NCBI GenBank assembly: GCA_964199315.1
Contig: OZ116700.1
Span: forward strand, 6,262,001-6,326,000
Length of the DNA stretch: 64,000 bases
Direction: 5' to 3'
DNA from: Orbicella franksi
Lineage: Eukaryota
Position numbers and translations under genes: made by a program. Shown here in pieces: positions 23,001 to 44,845 of this stretch; within the stretch, counting starts at the first letter, position 1, and every line of letters begins with the position of its first letter. The notes beneath the pieces were generated by a model, which was given only the letters and a program-made list of their open reading frames with translations, was not told the origin of the DNA and did no database searches.

Positions 23001-23074
23001 ACTGACTGACCAACTGACTGACTGACTGACTGACTGTCTAACCGAACCAACGAACCAACGAACCAACGAACGAA
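23001..23074 (+). repeat. Compound microsatellite (ACTG)n-(AACG/AACC)n
   Basis: Directly visible tetranucleotide runs. Confidence 0.9.
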
Positions 23075-24143
23075 TGGACGGTCGGATGAAATACAAACAG
23101 CTGTCAATGTCCGGCCGTAAGTCACGTGACTCTAGTATTAAAAGAGAAGTTCCTCTAGGACATTGAAAGGTTCATTCCTCCCCCTCCCCCTCCCCCTTCC
23201 CCTCCCCTTACCCCTCCCCCCTCTACTGACATACCAGGAAGATTTGTTCGACCGCAGAAAACATTCGAGCCATGCATTTAAAACCATATTCAAGATTTCT
23301 GTTCATTTGAGATGCATTTATTCATGAACAGTAGAAATAGAGAAGTCTGGGTGTACCACTACTAAGCTCTTGTAAAATCCAATCTGTGGTTAGTTTATGT
23401 TTTAAGCAAAAAGAAAATCGAAAATCATAGGCAGACTACAGTGTGTGCGATGCTTTTAATTATTATATTATTGACCCATGAACATTTTTAAATTGAAAAG
23501 GGACAACATAGCTGTTTCGTTTTCATTTGGAAGAAAAACAATTAAACGTTTTCGAATTCAAATAAAATTTGTCGGACAGATCAAATAGTTTTATTGCGCA
23601 AAAGAAAGATATACATTTCTTTAATTAAACATGAAGGCGTAAACTCAAATCTGGGAAAGGGCGTAACGGGTGACCGAGATGAGTCACGCAACTCAGAAGT
23701 CAAGTGTTATGTCGGGCTGTCTGCAACAATGCTAGCTTTGATCAGATCAAGTTCAATTCATTGCGGACAAAGGGGCTGAAACATCTGCGGGTTGAAAAAC
23801 TCTTACAACAAAATGAATCCACCGGAAAAACTAGACAGTTCAACTGCTGCGTAGATTCTTCACCGAACGCGTGAAAAATTGAACATGAATTAAAATTACT
23901 TTTTCCTGGGTCTTCAACAGGTATAAGGTGGACGTAAATTAAACCTGAACTGATAAGGTGCCGAGCGGCCACCAATCTGCGCTCGTGAAAGAGGCCCACA
24001 CCTCAGGAGCTTTTGATAATTTGCATTTACTAAAACAACACAGACAGCGTTCCATAGATCACATTTTGCTTTATTCTCTACAGTGCAGCTGTACGCCGGT
24101 GGGTTGCAATCTCTGTTCTCACGAGCAAGTACAAGGGTACATC

Positions 24144-25049
24144 ATGGCCGACATTAAAATGGGTAAAGTTAAAGGAAAGCTGCAAGGCTTGAAGGATAAG
24201 ATCGAGAGCGCAGAAGAGAGGGAGATCACGGCCAAAGCCAAACATCGTGAGATGGAAGAAGATTGCGACAAAAATGAAAATGAGGCAGATTCATTCAGGC
24301 GAAGAATTACCCTCGTACGAGATGAACTAGCAAAATGTGACGAACATGTAAAGGAGAAGGAGGAAAGATTGGCCGAAGTTCAGGCGCTTTCAATGGAGCA
24401 CGAATGCGCTTGCAAACAACTGGAGGGAGACGATCGCGAAAGCGACGAACGCTTGATGCAGTTGGAACTAGACGTGTCCGAAGCCACGCAAACTGCAAAG
24501 GAGTCGGACGAGCGGCTACAGGAGTCCAAGCAAAAGTTGAAAGTCACTTTAGCTGAGGTAGAAAAGGCCAGGGAACGCGTTGAAAAATTGGAAAGCAGAG
24601 CCACTGAGCTGGAAGAAACAATTAGCGCAAATAGTACCAAATTGAGAGAAATGGAAACCGAAGATGCCCAGTACGCTGAGAACGAAACAGAGAAAAACGA
24701 GATGTTGGAGTTTTTACAAGAACAGCTAAAGGAAGCTGTGGCGCGCCTCGAAGAAGCTGCACGTAAGGTACAGCCACAAGAGGGCGTCATCGACGACCTA
24801 ACACAAGAACACGACATGATTAAGGAAAAAATCGCACATATCCGACAAGAGATGAAGGATATGGAGGAAATGGTGGAGCAATCCATAGACGACGTTGAAG
24901 TCCATGAGCCTAAAAAGGTGACAGACCGCTACCACGCTTATCAGGAAGAGCCCGAACCCGAACCCGCGGAGCCCGAACCAGCTGATCCCGAACCAGAGCC
25001 AGAGGCAGAGCGAGACGACCGATCGGCCAGCGAAGGAGAGGAAGATTAA
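24144..25049 (+). CDS. Tropomyosin-like coiled-coil protein, single coding exon, 301 aa with acidic Pro/Glu tail
   Basis: atcATGg start; MGKVKGKLQGLKDKIESAEERE, EADSFRRRITLVRDEL, ERLMQLE, AVARLEEAARKV resemble tropomyosin heptads over about 244 aa. Confidence 0.75.
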   Translation: MADIKMGKVKGKLQGLKDKIESAEEREITAKAKHREMEEDCDKNENEADSFRRRITLVRDELAKCDEHVKEKEERLAEVQALSMEHECACKQLEGDDRESDERLMQLELDVSEATQTAKESDERLQESKQKLKVTLAEVEKARERVEKLESRATELEETISANSTKLREMETEDAQYAENETEKNEMLEFLQEQLKEAVARLEEAARKVQPQEGVIDDLTQEHDMIKEKIAHIRQEMKDMEEMVEQSIDDVEVHEPKKVTDRYHAYQEEPEPEPAEPEPADPEPEPEAERDDRSASEGEED

Positions 25050-27613
25050 ACACATTTTACTCTCAGTGACTTTGTTACGTAAGTCTGACAGTTTCTGACA
25101 ATGCGGGCTGTTTTACAGAAAATCGATTTTCACCACTTTTGAATGTTTTTATTTCAAATTTCTTTAATCGTTAGCTAGTTTTCCATCTTCGATGAACTCA
25201 TTTTTTGAGCAGTTCAAATTTCCATTTTGCAGTTAGATTATTTCACTTTTCATTAACTAGATTTTTAAGATTTCAAGGCGGGCACAAAAGCCCAGTAGGT
25301 GTCGAATTAAATTAGCTAACAGTGTGTTTTTGATTGTCTGTCAGATCAATTAATGTTACCTGTTATTAACTAATACTTCTCGTTTAGTCAATATTTTTGG
25401 AATAAAATTCTACATTTTTATAGGATCAAGTGGTTTAAATCCTTTGTGATTGACCGTTCAACGATGCAATGGAAAGGATAGTTTATTTTCTTTGCGTGAT
25501 GAGTAATAACAAGATCACCGAAGCGTAACACGGCCAGACACGAACAACGTTCTGCTTGCGAAAATCACGAAGTTACAAAGTTTCGAAGCTTCGCAATTTT
25601 TCTTGCTAGCATTTGTTCAAAATCTTAATTTCCAAAGTCTCGATCCTACTCAAGTTGTTGTTATTTACAAAACAGAAAGCTTTAAAATCTTGCGGCATCT
25701 TTGCGTAGCATAAAAGCAATGGGGCGTTTTAAGCTATGCAATGTATGGAATGTTCTATCAGGCGATACGCAAATATTTCTTCTGACCTCACTAAAGTGAG
25801 GTTATACCGCAATAGGCCATTTTACAGTTGTGTCCTCAGTTACTTGGCTTATGAATGCAAGCAAGGCTGGAGGTGACCTTGCTCTGAGAAAAATATATAA
25901 ACTAGCCCATTACCCAATGAACGGCCGTGCTGTCACGGCCACTATTAGCATCAGTTGTAGTTTTCTGGATAGGATGAGTTTCCCAATCCGTGCCATCATA
26001 ATCACTTTTTATAGTTACAAGTCTTTGCAGCCAAACAACTTATGTTTCGTGAAAAGCAAACTAGGTTCAAGGCTCGCTTCGAACAAAAACGCTTCAATAA
26101 CAGGAAAAAGTCAATTTATTCGTAGTAAGTAAAGAGCAACAAGTCGATAATGACTTGTGACAATTTTGAGAAAGTTGACGGCAATAGTTTCGTTTGCATG
26201 ACAAGTGAGGACAGCACAGGATGTAACTAACTGTTTTCTTCATACATTATTTTTCCTTTATACGTGAGACACTTTGGATTCCTAGTTTAAGAGTGCTAGA
26301 CTTCCATGAATACAGGGCTCCCGACCGGTAAATCCCATATGTTAAGAGGCAACGTTAATGGGAATGTTTCGCGTAATAATTTTGTCTGCGGAGAAAAATC
26401 TTCAACCCCAAAACAAATTTAGTGCAAGAAAATTAAAAGTGAGCTTTACTTTGAGGTTTAGGAAGTTAAAACTCTCTGCATAATTAATTAGCTAAGACCG
26501 CCTTATTGACCCACAACGCGCATGCGTATCCGCGAAAAAACCATTTCTTTTTAACTTTTGATTATCGCTAGCTCCCACTGCAGGGATGTTTAAAAACAAC
26601 GTATTCCAAATTGACCACCAGTATCAAAAACCTTCACACACCTCCCTAAGAAGTCAAGTCATTGAGTAATTATTTGCCACATCCCATATGGATGACGCTG
26701 AGTAAACGGAAACATTAATATAGCGCGTCGAAAAAAGGGCTATTGGGATCCCCGATCCCGCATACTAAAGCCGTAGCGAATGGGAGATACCTAGCGGGCC
26801 TCCTGACTTGGAACGGCTTGGTGAAATCCGAAGGGTTAGCCACCCCCAGTTTTTTTGCCTTATCTTTAAAAGACTTTAAGAATACCAGTTGCAGCGCCCC
26901 TCCAATGTCTCTTCGTTGATACTTTCATTGATGGAAACGTGCCACTTGATGCAGTGGTCACTACCTGTTGATTTGTATGTCTTTTTCGTTTTATTGATGT
27001 TTTTATCGGCATATGATTTCTTCTCCAATCTTTCAATTGTTTGGTGCAAGAGATTGTTAGGATAAAATAATTTGTCACTTGAGGTGAAGTATCTCTTGAC
27101 TCAGCTTTAATTCCAGTACTTTGAGAGTTCGGGTCTGAAGATTGTGACGATTTCTATTGACCTTACCGGAACAATGTATTATATTTCTAGGAAATTTATC
27201 CAAGTTTAAAGCAGGCAAACAAAAATACAAAAAAACAAGAACAAAACAAAACAACAACAAATAAACGGCGACCTACCATATAAAAAACTGCGAGCAGAGG
27301 GAGTGGAAAAGACGGTTTCCTACTTGTTTACTTTTTATGTGTCTTGCACAGTTTTCTCAGTTCTTCGTTCTACATGATTCCAGACATATGGCAAGGCAGG
27401 TTATGTGTTCCTATTTTTTAAGTAAACAGCAATTTAAAAGTTTCGTGAAAAGAGGAAAATCTCAAACGTAAAATTCGTCACATGAGATCTGAAGAAAATA
27501 TATATATAACTCGCTAACTAGGCATTGAGTTGCAATTAAATTTAGACGGCAATTCTTGCTGTCTATTGACTGTGATAAACGATTTCAACATTTCATTGGA
27601 TTTACAACAGTCG

Positions 27614-38592
<10,979 letters not shown>

Positions 38593-41051
38593 ATTTCCGG
38601 TATCCTTTCGATAGAGTCTTACAGCACTGTTTATTGGTTGAATCAAGCCAAACTTGCTAAAGCGTTGCCTTGAGATAAACAGCCGCTGTAGCATAGAACT
38701 CGACAACAAGAGATGGTGTACTTTTCACCCCACCTTGCACGTGTATTACAAGTTTTATACACTTTTCTCACGCAATAGCCACACAAAACATGGACATCAC
38801 TTAGAAGCCTGGCCTTTTCTAGAAGAATCTTGGGCCTGGGGAGAATTAACTCCTAATGCCTGGCTATTTCTGAATAAAAATATTATGTGACCAAAATATA
38901 TCCTCGAGAAGAAGGTTCGTGATATGTGGATGGCCTTTCTTCCCGTTAGATGTGAAATGGTTAGGCTTTTTTCTCGTGAATTAGGATTTCGTTCGTAACT
39001 TAACTGGGCTGTGAATGGGAGCCCATGATATGCGCTCCTCAGGCTGTGAACCCTGATTTTTCAAAATGAAATGAGAAATAAACGTCTCATTCGCCGTGAA
39101 CCCTTATTCTGATTATGTTTTCTATTATTTGCGACACCGTCATTACGTAATAGACACTGCATAACCATGAAAGGCAATCTGTTCAATTCCTTCTGTAGTT
39201 CAGTGGGGTGGTGGTGTCGGTGGTGGGTCCCTTTCGCCCCTTGTGGAAAAAAAAAAAAAACAACAAGACTATGATTCAGACGTCGTGCCCAAGTCGTGCC
39301 AATTTTAGGATCTACAGAAGCCAAACAGTTGCGACCCGCCGACTAGGTATCAAAAATAGGTACTCAAATGGTACATGTGTGAGATACCTCATTTGCATTA
39401 ACGGACACAAGCCGATGACCATAGTGTGGGATACCACGGGTATCTCACACAAAAAGTAGCAAGGCTGCTAAACCAGCAAAGTTCAGGAGGGTCGTTACTT
39501 TTGGAAATTAACGGCATACGGGTTGCTATGGAAATTAAGAGTGTTTAGCGATTAAAGAACGAATTATGATGAATAAAATTGTGTACCTTACCTCTGTGAT
39601 GTTTATCTTCAGTGTGTGTTCTTTAGCTAGAATTCACTATTCCATGAAAACATGAAAAGTTCCGACTTTTTTACATAAAAATTGGTCTCTTTATTTCATA
39701 CACTTAGCCAACGCGAAATTTAGCAGCAGGGATCTATCATGGCACATTGTAGAGACAACGGAGAGAAATTTTTGGTTCACTACTTTGAAACAACGTTTCA
39801 AGAACGTTCCTCTCAAAATGTAATTTATTATTTCACGAAAAATCAGAGTACCGATTTTATCCGAGTGGTATCAAAAATCCCGTTTAGTGTAAACATAGTG
39901 GTGTAAAGAGGCCCTTAAGGGTAGACACGCAGGTGTCACGACTTAGCGATTCCGATTGCTTGCTTAAGTTCTCAGATGAAAGCGTCCTTCTCCTTTATTT
40001 AACAAAACAGCCAACAAATCACAAGACATCCGTTGAGCGGCAGGAGCAGTGACCCCACAAACAGGGGTTCCCGTGCTACCCGTCCTTAGTTGTGGTAGTA
40101 GAGTGAAGTTGTTGCTGTAGTTGAACGTTGTGACCGAGGTCCACAAACGCGCAAAAAAGGACGAGGTTAACATCGAGCCACCTCGGGTCAAACACACTTA
40201 TCTTGCGAAACACAGCTGGTAATCTCGTTTGCCTGAATTTGCCCGCTTGGATAGCCAATCACAAGGCCAGACTTGGTTCCTTGTATCCACTCACGGAGCT
40301 AGCCACATATTAAAAGGCAGTACCCCCGGAAGCAATGTCTCATTGCCACATTTTTGCACCCAGTGTTTGCGACCTTGTTACTAGTCCTACTATAACGAGT
40401 AACTTCTTCTTACCGAATGCATACAATTCTAATTCATACAATTCTCATGCTACATGTAAATCAGGACAATTATCTGCTAAACTCTTATCATTTATCTGCC
40501 TGACAACTAAATCTCACCCGAGTGTTTATTGGCAAAATACACGTTAATTGTGAATTACAAAAGTTGTTACTTTCTCTACTAACAGAAACAAGTTTTTTTT
40601 TCTTTAAGAAAAAGTTTTCTCCTGTGATTCACTGATTAATGGCATCAGCATAACTTTTCTCTCGTTCTTGCTGGTACCCAGACTACAGCTTGATTTTATT
40701 TTGGCCTTTTTATGAGCCCCGACGCTTAGCTTTGTACAATGAACTGACAAATTTTATAATCTCTAAGCCATCGACACTAAATGCTAACATTAGCCAACAA
40801 AAAGAACCAAATTTTTAAAAACATATATACATTTTTAACAAAGTCAGGGCTATAGCTATAACAGACAAACCCAAGCACTTGTCTCAGTCATTTTTTCGTT
40901 TTAGTTGTTTATAGTTATCATAGGCACGCTAAATAAAAAGGAAGAGAATTTAATCATCGGCATTAGCCCAGTCATAATTTTCCTCTGGCTATAGCCCTGA
41001 AAGTAAAATATGCATCATGAAGTTTCTTACTCATAGTCTTGGGAGAAGTTA

Positions 41052-41272
41052 TAGACTGTTCACTGCTCTCTATTTTCCTGTATTTTTATTTGATGGTTTT
41101 ATGCGCGGATAGAATCACGAGAGAACTGGATGCCAGCACAAAATGGGAGACTTGACAGGGTAGGGGGCTCGCTTTGCTCAACTCCTCACCCCCACCACCG
41201 CATGCTTCACGCTCAATTCACTTGCTTTTTCTTTTGTATGCGTTGAAAAATTGAGAGGCTGTGACCAGTCTA
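41052..41272. mobile_element. TAG...CTA MITE with perfect 9-bp TSD (AcademH-like non-autonomous)
   Basis: TIR TAGACTGTTCAC / GTGACCAGTCTA; TSD GAGAAGTTA at 41043-41051 and 41273-41281. Confidence 0.75.
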
Positions 41273-41833
41273 GAGAAGTTAATCAGTGCCATGGCCCTCT
41301 AATGACTATTGCCCAGGATCCATTGTAGCCAATGCTGCAAACTCGCAAGCTAACCACCTTAAAGCTGAAAAACTGTTCAGTGCAATGGTTGGCAAGTAGA
41401 AAGCTGTACAATAATGGTTTTGTTTACTTTTTTCTTACAAACACGTCACCCTACCACAATGTTTACCAAGGGTTTCATTATAAGGGCTGGGTGCTGAACA
41501 AATTGGCTGGCTGCCCACCTGGTTTGACCATCTAGTGGAAAGTTTTTCTTAAAGAAGACTTTCCATTCAAATAATTTTGCTGGCCTGTGAAAACCAGTTG
41601 CCCTCCTACTGAAAAGGTTAATGAAACCCCTGTTTAAAAAAACAAATTGTCCTTAGCTGCTAACACAAATCATGAAGAAAATTTTTAACTAAGCCATACT
41701 GAAACAAGCTCTGTTGGTACTGAGATAGCACATTATGCAGTTAGAAAATGCAAAACTGTGCACAATCCTGCTTGTACATTGAGTTCTGTCCCAGCCGATT
41801 ACAAATGTACCTTAACAAGGCTGAAGGTACACC

Positions 41834-44639
41834 TCAGTAACTTGGATATGGTTGTTGCTGCTGTTGATAGTTATAGCTATATTGGTTGTACCCCTGTTGC
41901 TGTGGATACTGACCACTTGGATACCCTTGAGTGCTACCATAACCACCCTGTGCAGCAGGTTGCTGTTGGGATTGCGGCTGCTGCTGCTGCTGTGGATAAG
42001 CCGCTGGATACTGTGTCTGGGCCTGTCCTGTTCCAGAATAAGGTGCGACCCCAGTAGCTGAGTAACTTTGGCTTTGCGGAGTGTAACTTTGTTGACTAGT
42101 TTGACTATAGGCTTGTTGAGCTTGGCTCACGGGATATGCTGAAGATGAGCTGGTCATACCAGGGTAGGTTGACTGGGTCTGAGTGGAAGTGGGAGCATAA
42201 GCTTGTGAAGATGCTTGACCAGCTTGGGTAGCCTGCTGAGGATACTGGGTCTGCTGTGCATATGAAGCTGCTGAAGGTGCTTTGTTTGCTAGTGGTGACG
42301 GCGCAATGTTCTGTTGTCCTGGAAGCTGCATCTGCTGTGACGCAGGGTTGGACTGTTGGGGATACCCTTGGGAACTTGGATCTTGGTTCTTTAAACCTGC
42401 AGGTGCAAAATATTTGGAACAATTTCGGTTTGTACCTACATCCTGTTAAATATCTTTGTGAGATGTGATCAATATTCAATCGTTGGATCAAGTGTAATTT
42501 TGAATAGTTAACAATACTTTCGATAAGATCTTGATATACTGCCAGATTGCACTGCAGCTTTATATCACTTTTGACAGTTTAAAATGCAAAATAATCTGAC
42601 CTCCATCAGCAGGGCTGCTGGGGTATAGCTGTCGAGAGATGCTCGCAGTGGAGCTGTCTGGCTGCTGTTTATCCTTGGCAAGGGGATCAAACATGGTCAC
42701 CTCTGGGGTGGGCTTGGGAGGAACGGGTATAGATGGCAATCCCTCCTGAGTAGAAACTAAAGAATACCATTGATAATATATTACACTTATTTACTTCTTG
42801 TTCTGATAACATGATAAGCAGCCTTTTTGAACTAAATGTGCACATAAAAAGAAGTAAACAGAGATCTTGTAAATGTGTAATTATCATAGCAGATGGTATT
42901 TCTGTATGCTAATAGTATTACTCAAAGAAATCTTCTAAGGCAGGGAAGGGTGCAAAGAAAATGAGGTCATTTTACAATTATACAAGTTGACCCAGGATGA
43001 TTCACCAACTAGTTTCCACATGCATGCAGCTATTACCATCTTATAATCTATCAGATTTTCATAAAATATATTTTTCTCAGTGCATCTTTTTAGAAGATGA
43101 AGAACACTATTTGGATAGTAGCATAGATCACTTCCTTAAGTACAGCTTTTTAAAGTAAATCTTCATACTTTTTACTTTATACTGTGTACTGTACTAGATA
43201 TTTCTTAAAGTTATACTATGACACTGCAAGTAACCCACAAACCTTGTGTAGGTTGCTTATCAATTGGTTGCTGCTGTCCACCTTTGGGCTGGTCACTTTC
43301 ATCATTTATCTCCAATCTATTTAGGAGATAATTTATCCTATCCCTAATCTGTGTCAATTCTCTTCTAAACTCTGCAACAAGGGTGTGTTCAGGAGGTCGA
43401 GGTACTCCATTAACTGAAAAACATTCAATTTATATATTATGCCAACAGAATAGGACAGGTCAAATATCATTAAAATAAATAATCATAATAATCATACTAC
43501 CATTTGACTAAACAAGGTCAAGAGAAGGTGAATGTGGCTGGTAGTTACCTCGCTCAAGTGATGTTACAGAGTAGGTTTAAATATTTTTTAATGCTGAACT
43601 ACATGTATCAACATTAACGAGCTTGCAAAAGAGGTGATGTATAGTTAATAACTGAAGGATCACAATAACCTGTACTTGACTTGTAACAAGTTTATTGTTT
43701 ATTTATCACCCTTGAGCATTACTCATGGCTGACTATTGGCAAACTCAAAATCTGACTGGCTACACAGAGTGACACTGTCTATCAACCAGATGATGGTCTC
43801 TTGATATCTACTGGTAAAGTCTGCACGTGAGCCAAGTGGCTCATCAGGCTGGAGCTTGTTCCGTTTCTTTAGCATGAAGTGAGTAGGAGTATTTTCACTC
43901 CATCCTAGATGGGATGCTAGACCATTGCTGGGTTACACTCACTCACTTACCTTCTTGTCATCAGTTTCTCAAGTAACAGGACGACATGTACATACTACAT
44001 TTAGTCCCACGTATTGAACAAAAATTCTTACAACCAAAGTACAGCATTTAGTTCTAGCAGACATGATTGATAATAAACACAGTTTTCAGAACTTACCTAA
44101 TTAAGCTTTAACTTTGGCTTAATTAACTTAATTGTGCAGTAACAACTGAAGACATGTTTTATGATAAGAGATTACATTACGTTACACTGCTTTAATCAAA
44201 CTTACCAAACAAAGTTATCCTTAATATTCTGCAAACGGTTCTTGCAAAGGCAAGGTCAGAACTATCGAAAATCGTTATAAGATCGCCATCTGAAACAAGT
44301 ACAAAGCTGGATTAGCTCAATGACCTAGAAACTTGTTAAAGGGCAACCTCATAAAGAATATTACTTTATAAGCTACAAACCATCCGAATAGGTACCTTCA
44401 TCCTTGTATTTAATTGTGATATCATCCGTGTTACTAAGTTTGCCACGGTATACTCTCTGCATCATCAACAGCAAGTCATCATAAGTCAGATCTTCGTTGT
44501 GAATTGGTATGCATCGTATATCATCACCTAAACGAGCTTTGATTATAAGGGTTCCACTGAGATCCACATTCCCACCTACAAAATTCACCCCTCTATTTCC
44601 AGGTACACCAATAGAGAACGTTTCTGGAGTGTAATTCAT
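41834..44639 (-). CDS. TFG: Protein TFG (PB1, coiled coil, P/Q-rich tail), about 405 aa
   Basis: Exons 44396-44639, 44206-44289, 43243-43413, 42601-42756, 41834-42396 (1218 nt). [48 protein letters not shown] and MFDPL match TFG. Confidence 0.92.
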
Positions 44640-44845
44640 TTTTGGATGATGAAATCTTGAAGCAGAGAATTATTTCCCTGTTCTAGATCCTTACCGAAAA
44701 TTTTTCAATACGTGCTTCTTCCAGTTTGGGAATGACTTCATTCGCTTCCAGTCTTCAAACGAGCACCGTGAAAAAACAGTGCTTAGTCCTCACGCAGTTC
44801 AAAGAACGCCTTGTTATTTCTGCTATCGACCACCTTTACAAGAGG
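44640..44845. promoter_or_regulatory. Probable bidirectional promoter TFG / NSUN
   Basis: Only 206 bp between two divergent start codons. Confidence 0.7.

Noticed and set aside
23001-23074. CRISPR-like array (also 49607-49695 and 62201-62613)
   Set aside because: Simple microsatellites or a two-copy duplication; no repeat-spacer periodicity, no cas genes, eukaryotic context.
23958-24143. 62-aa N-terminal extension of the tropomyosin ORF
   Set aside because: Non-ATG start, spans a likely splice acceptor near 24082, and homology starts at ATG 24144.
26735-26855. Twister ribozyme, U1/U11/U6atac or 28S fragment
   Set aside because: Only short motif matches; the required pseudoknot pairings, Sm-site context and colinearity were not satisfied.
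41440-41540. Extra 3' TFG exon
   Set aside because: An acceptor-like site exists, but no in-frame donor before the stop at 41834 and no recognisable TFG C-terminal motif.
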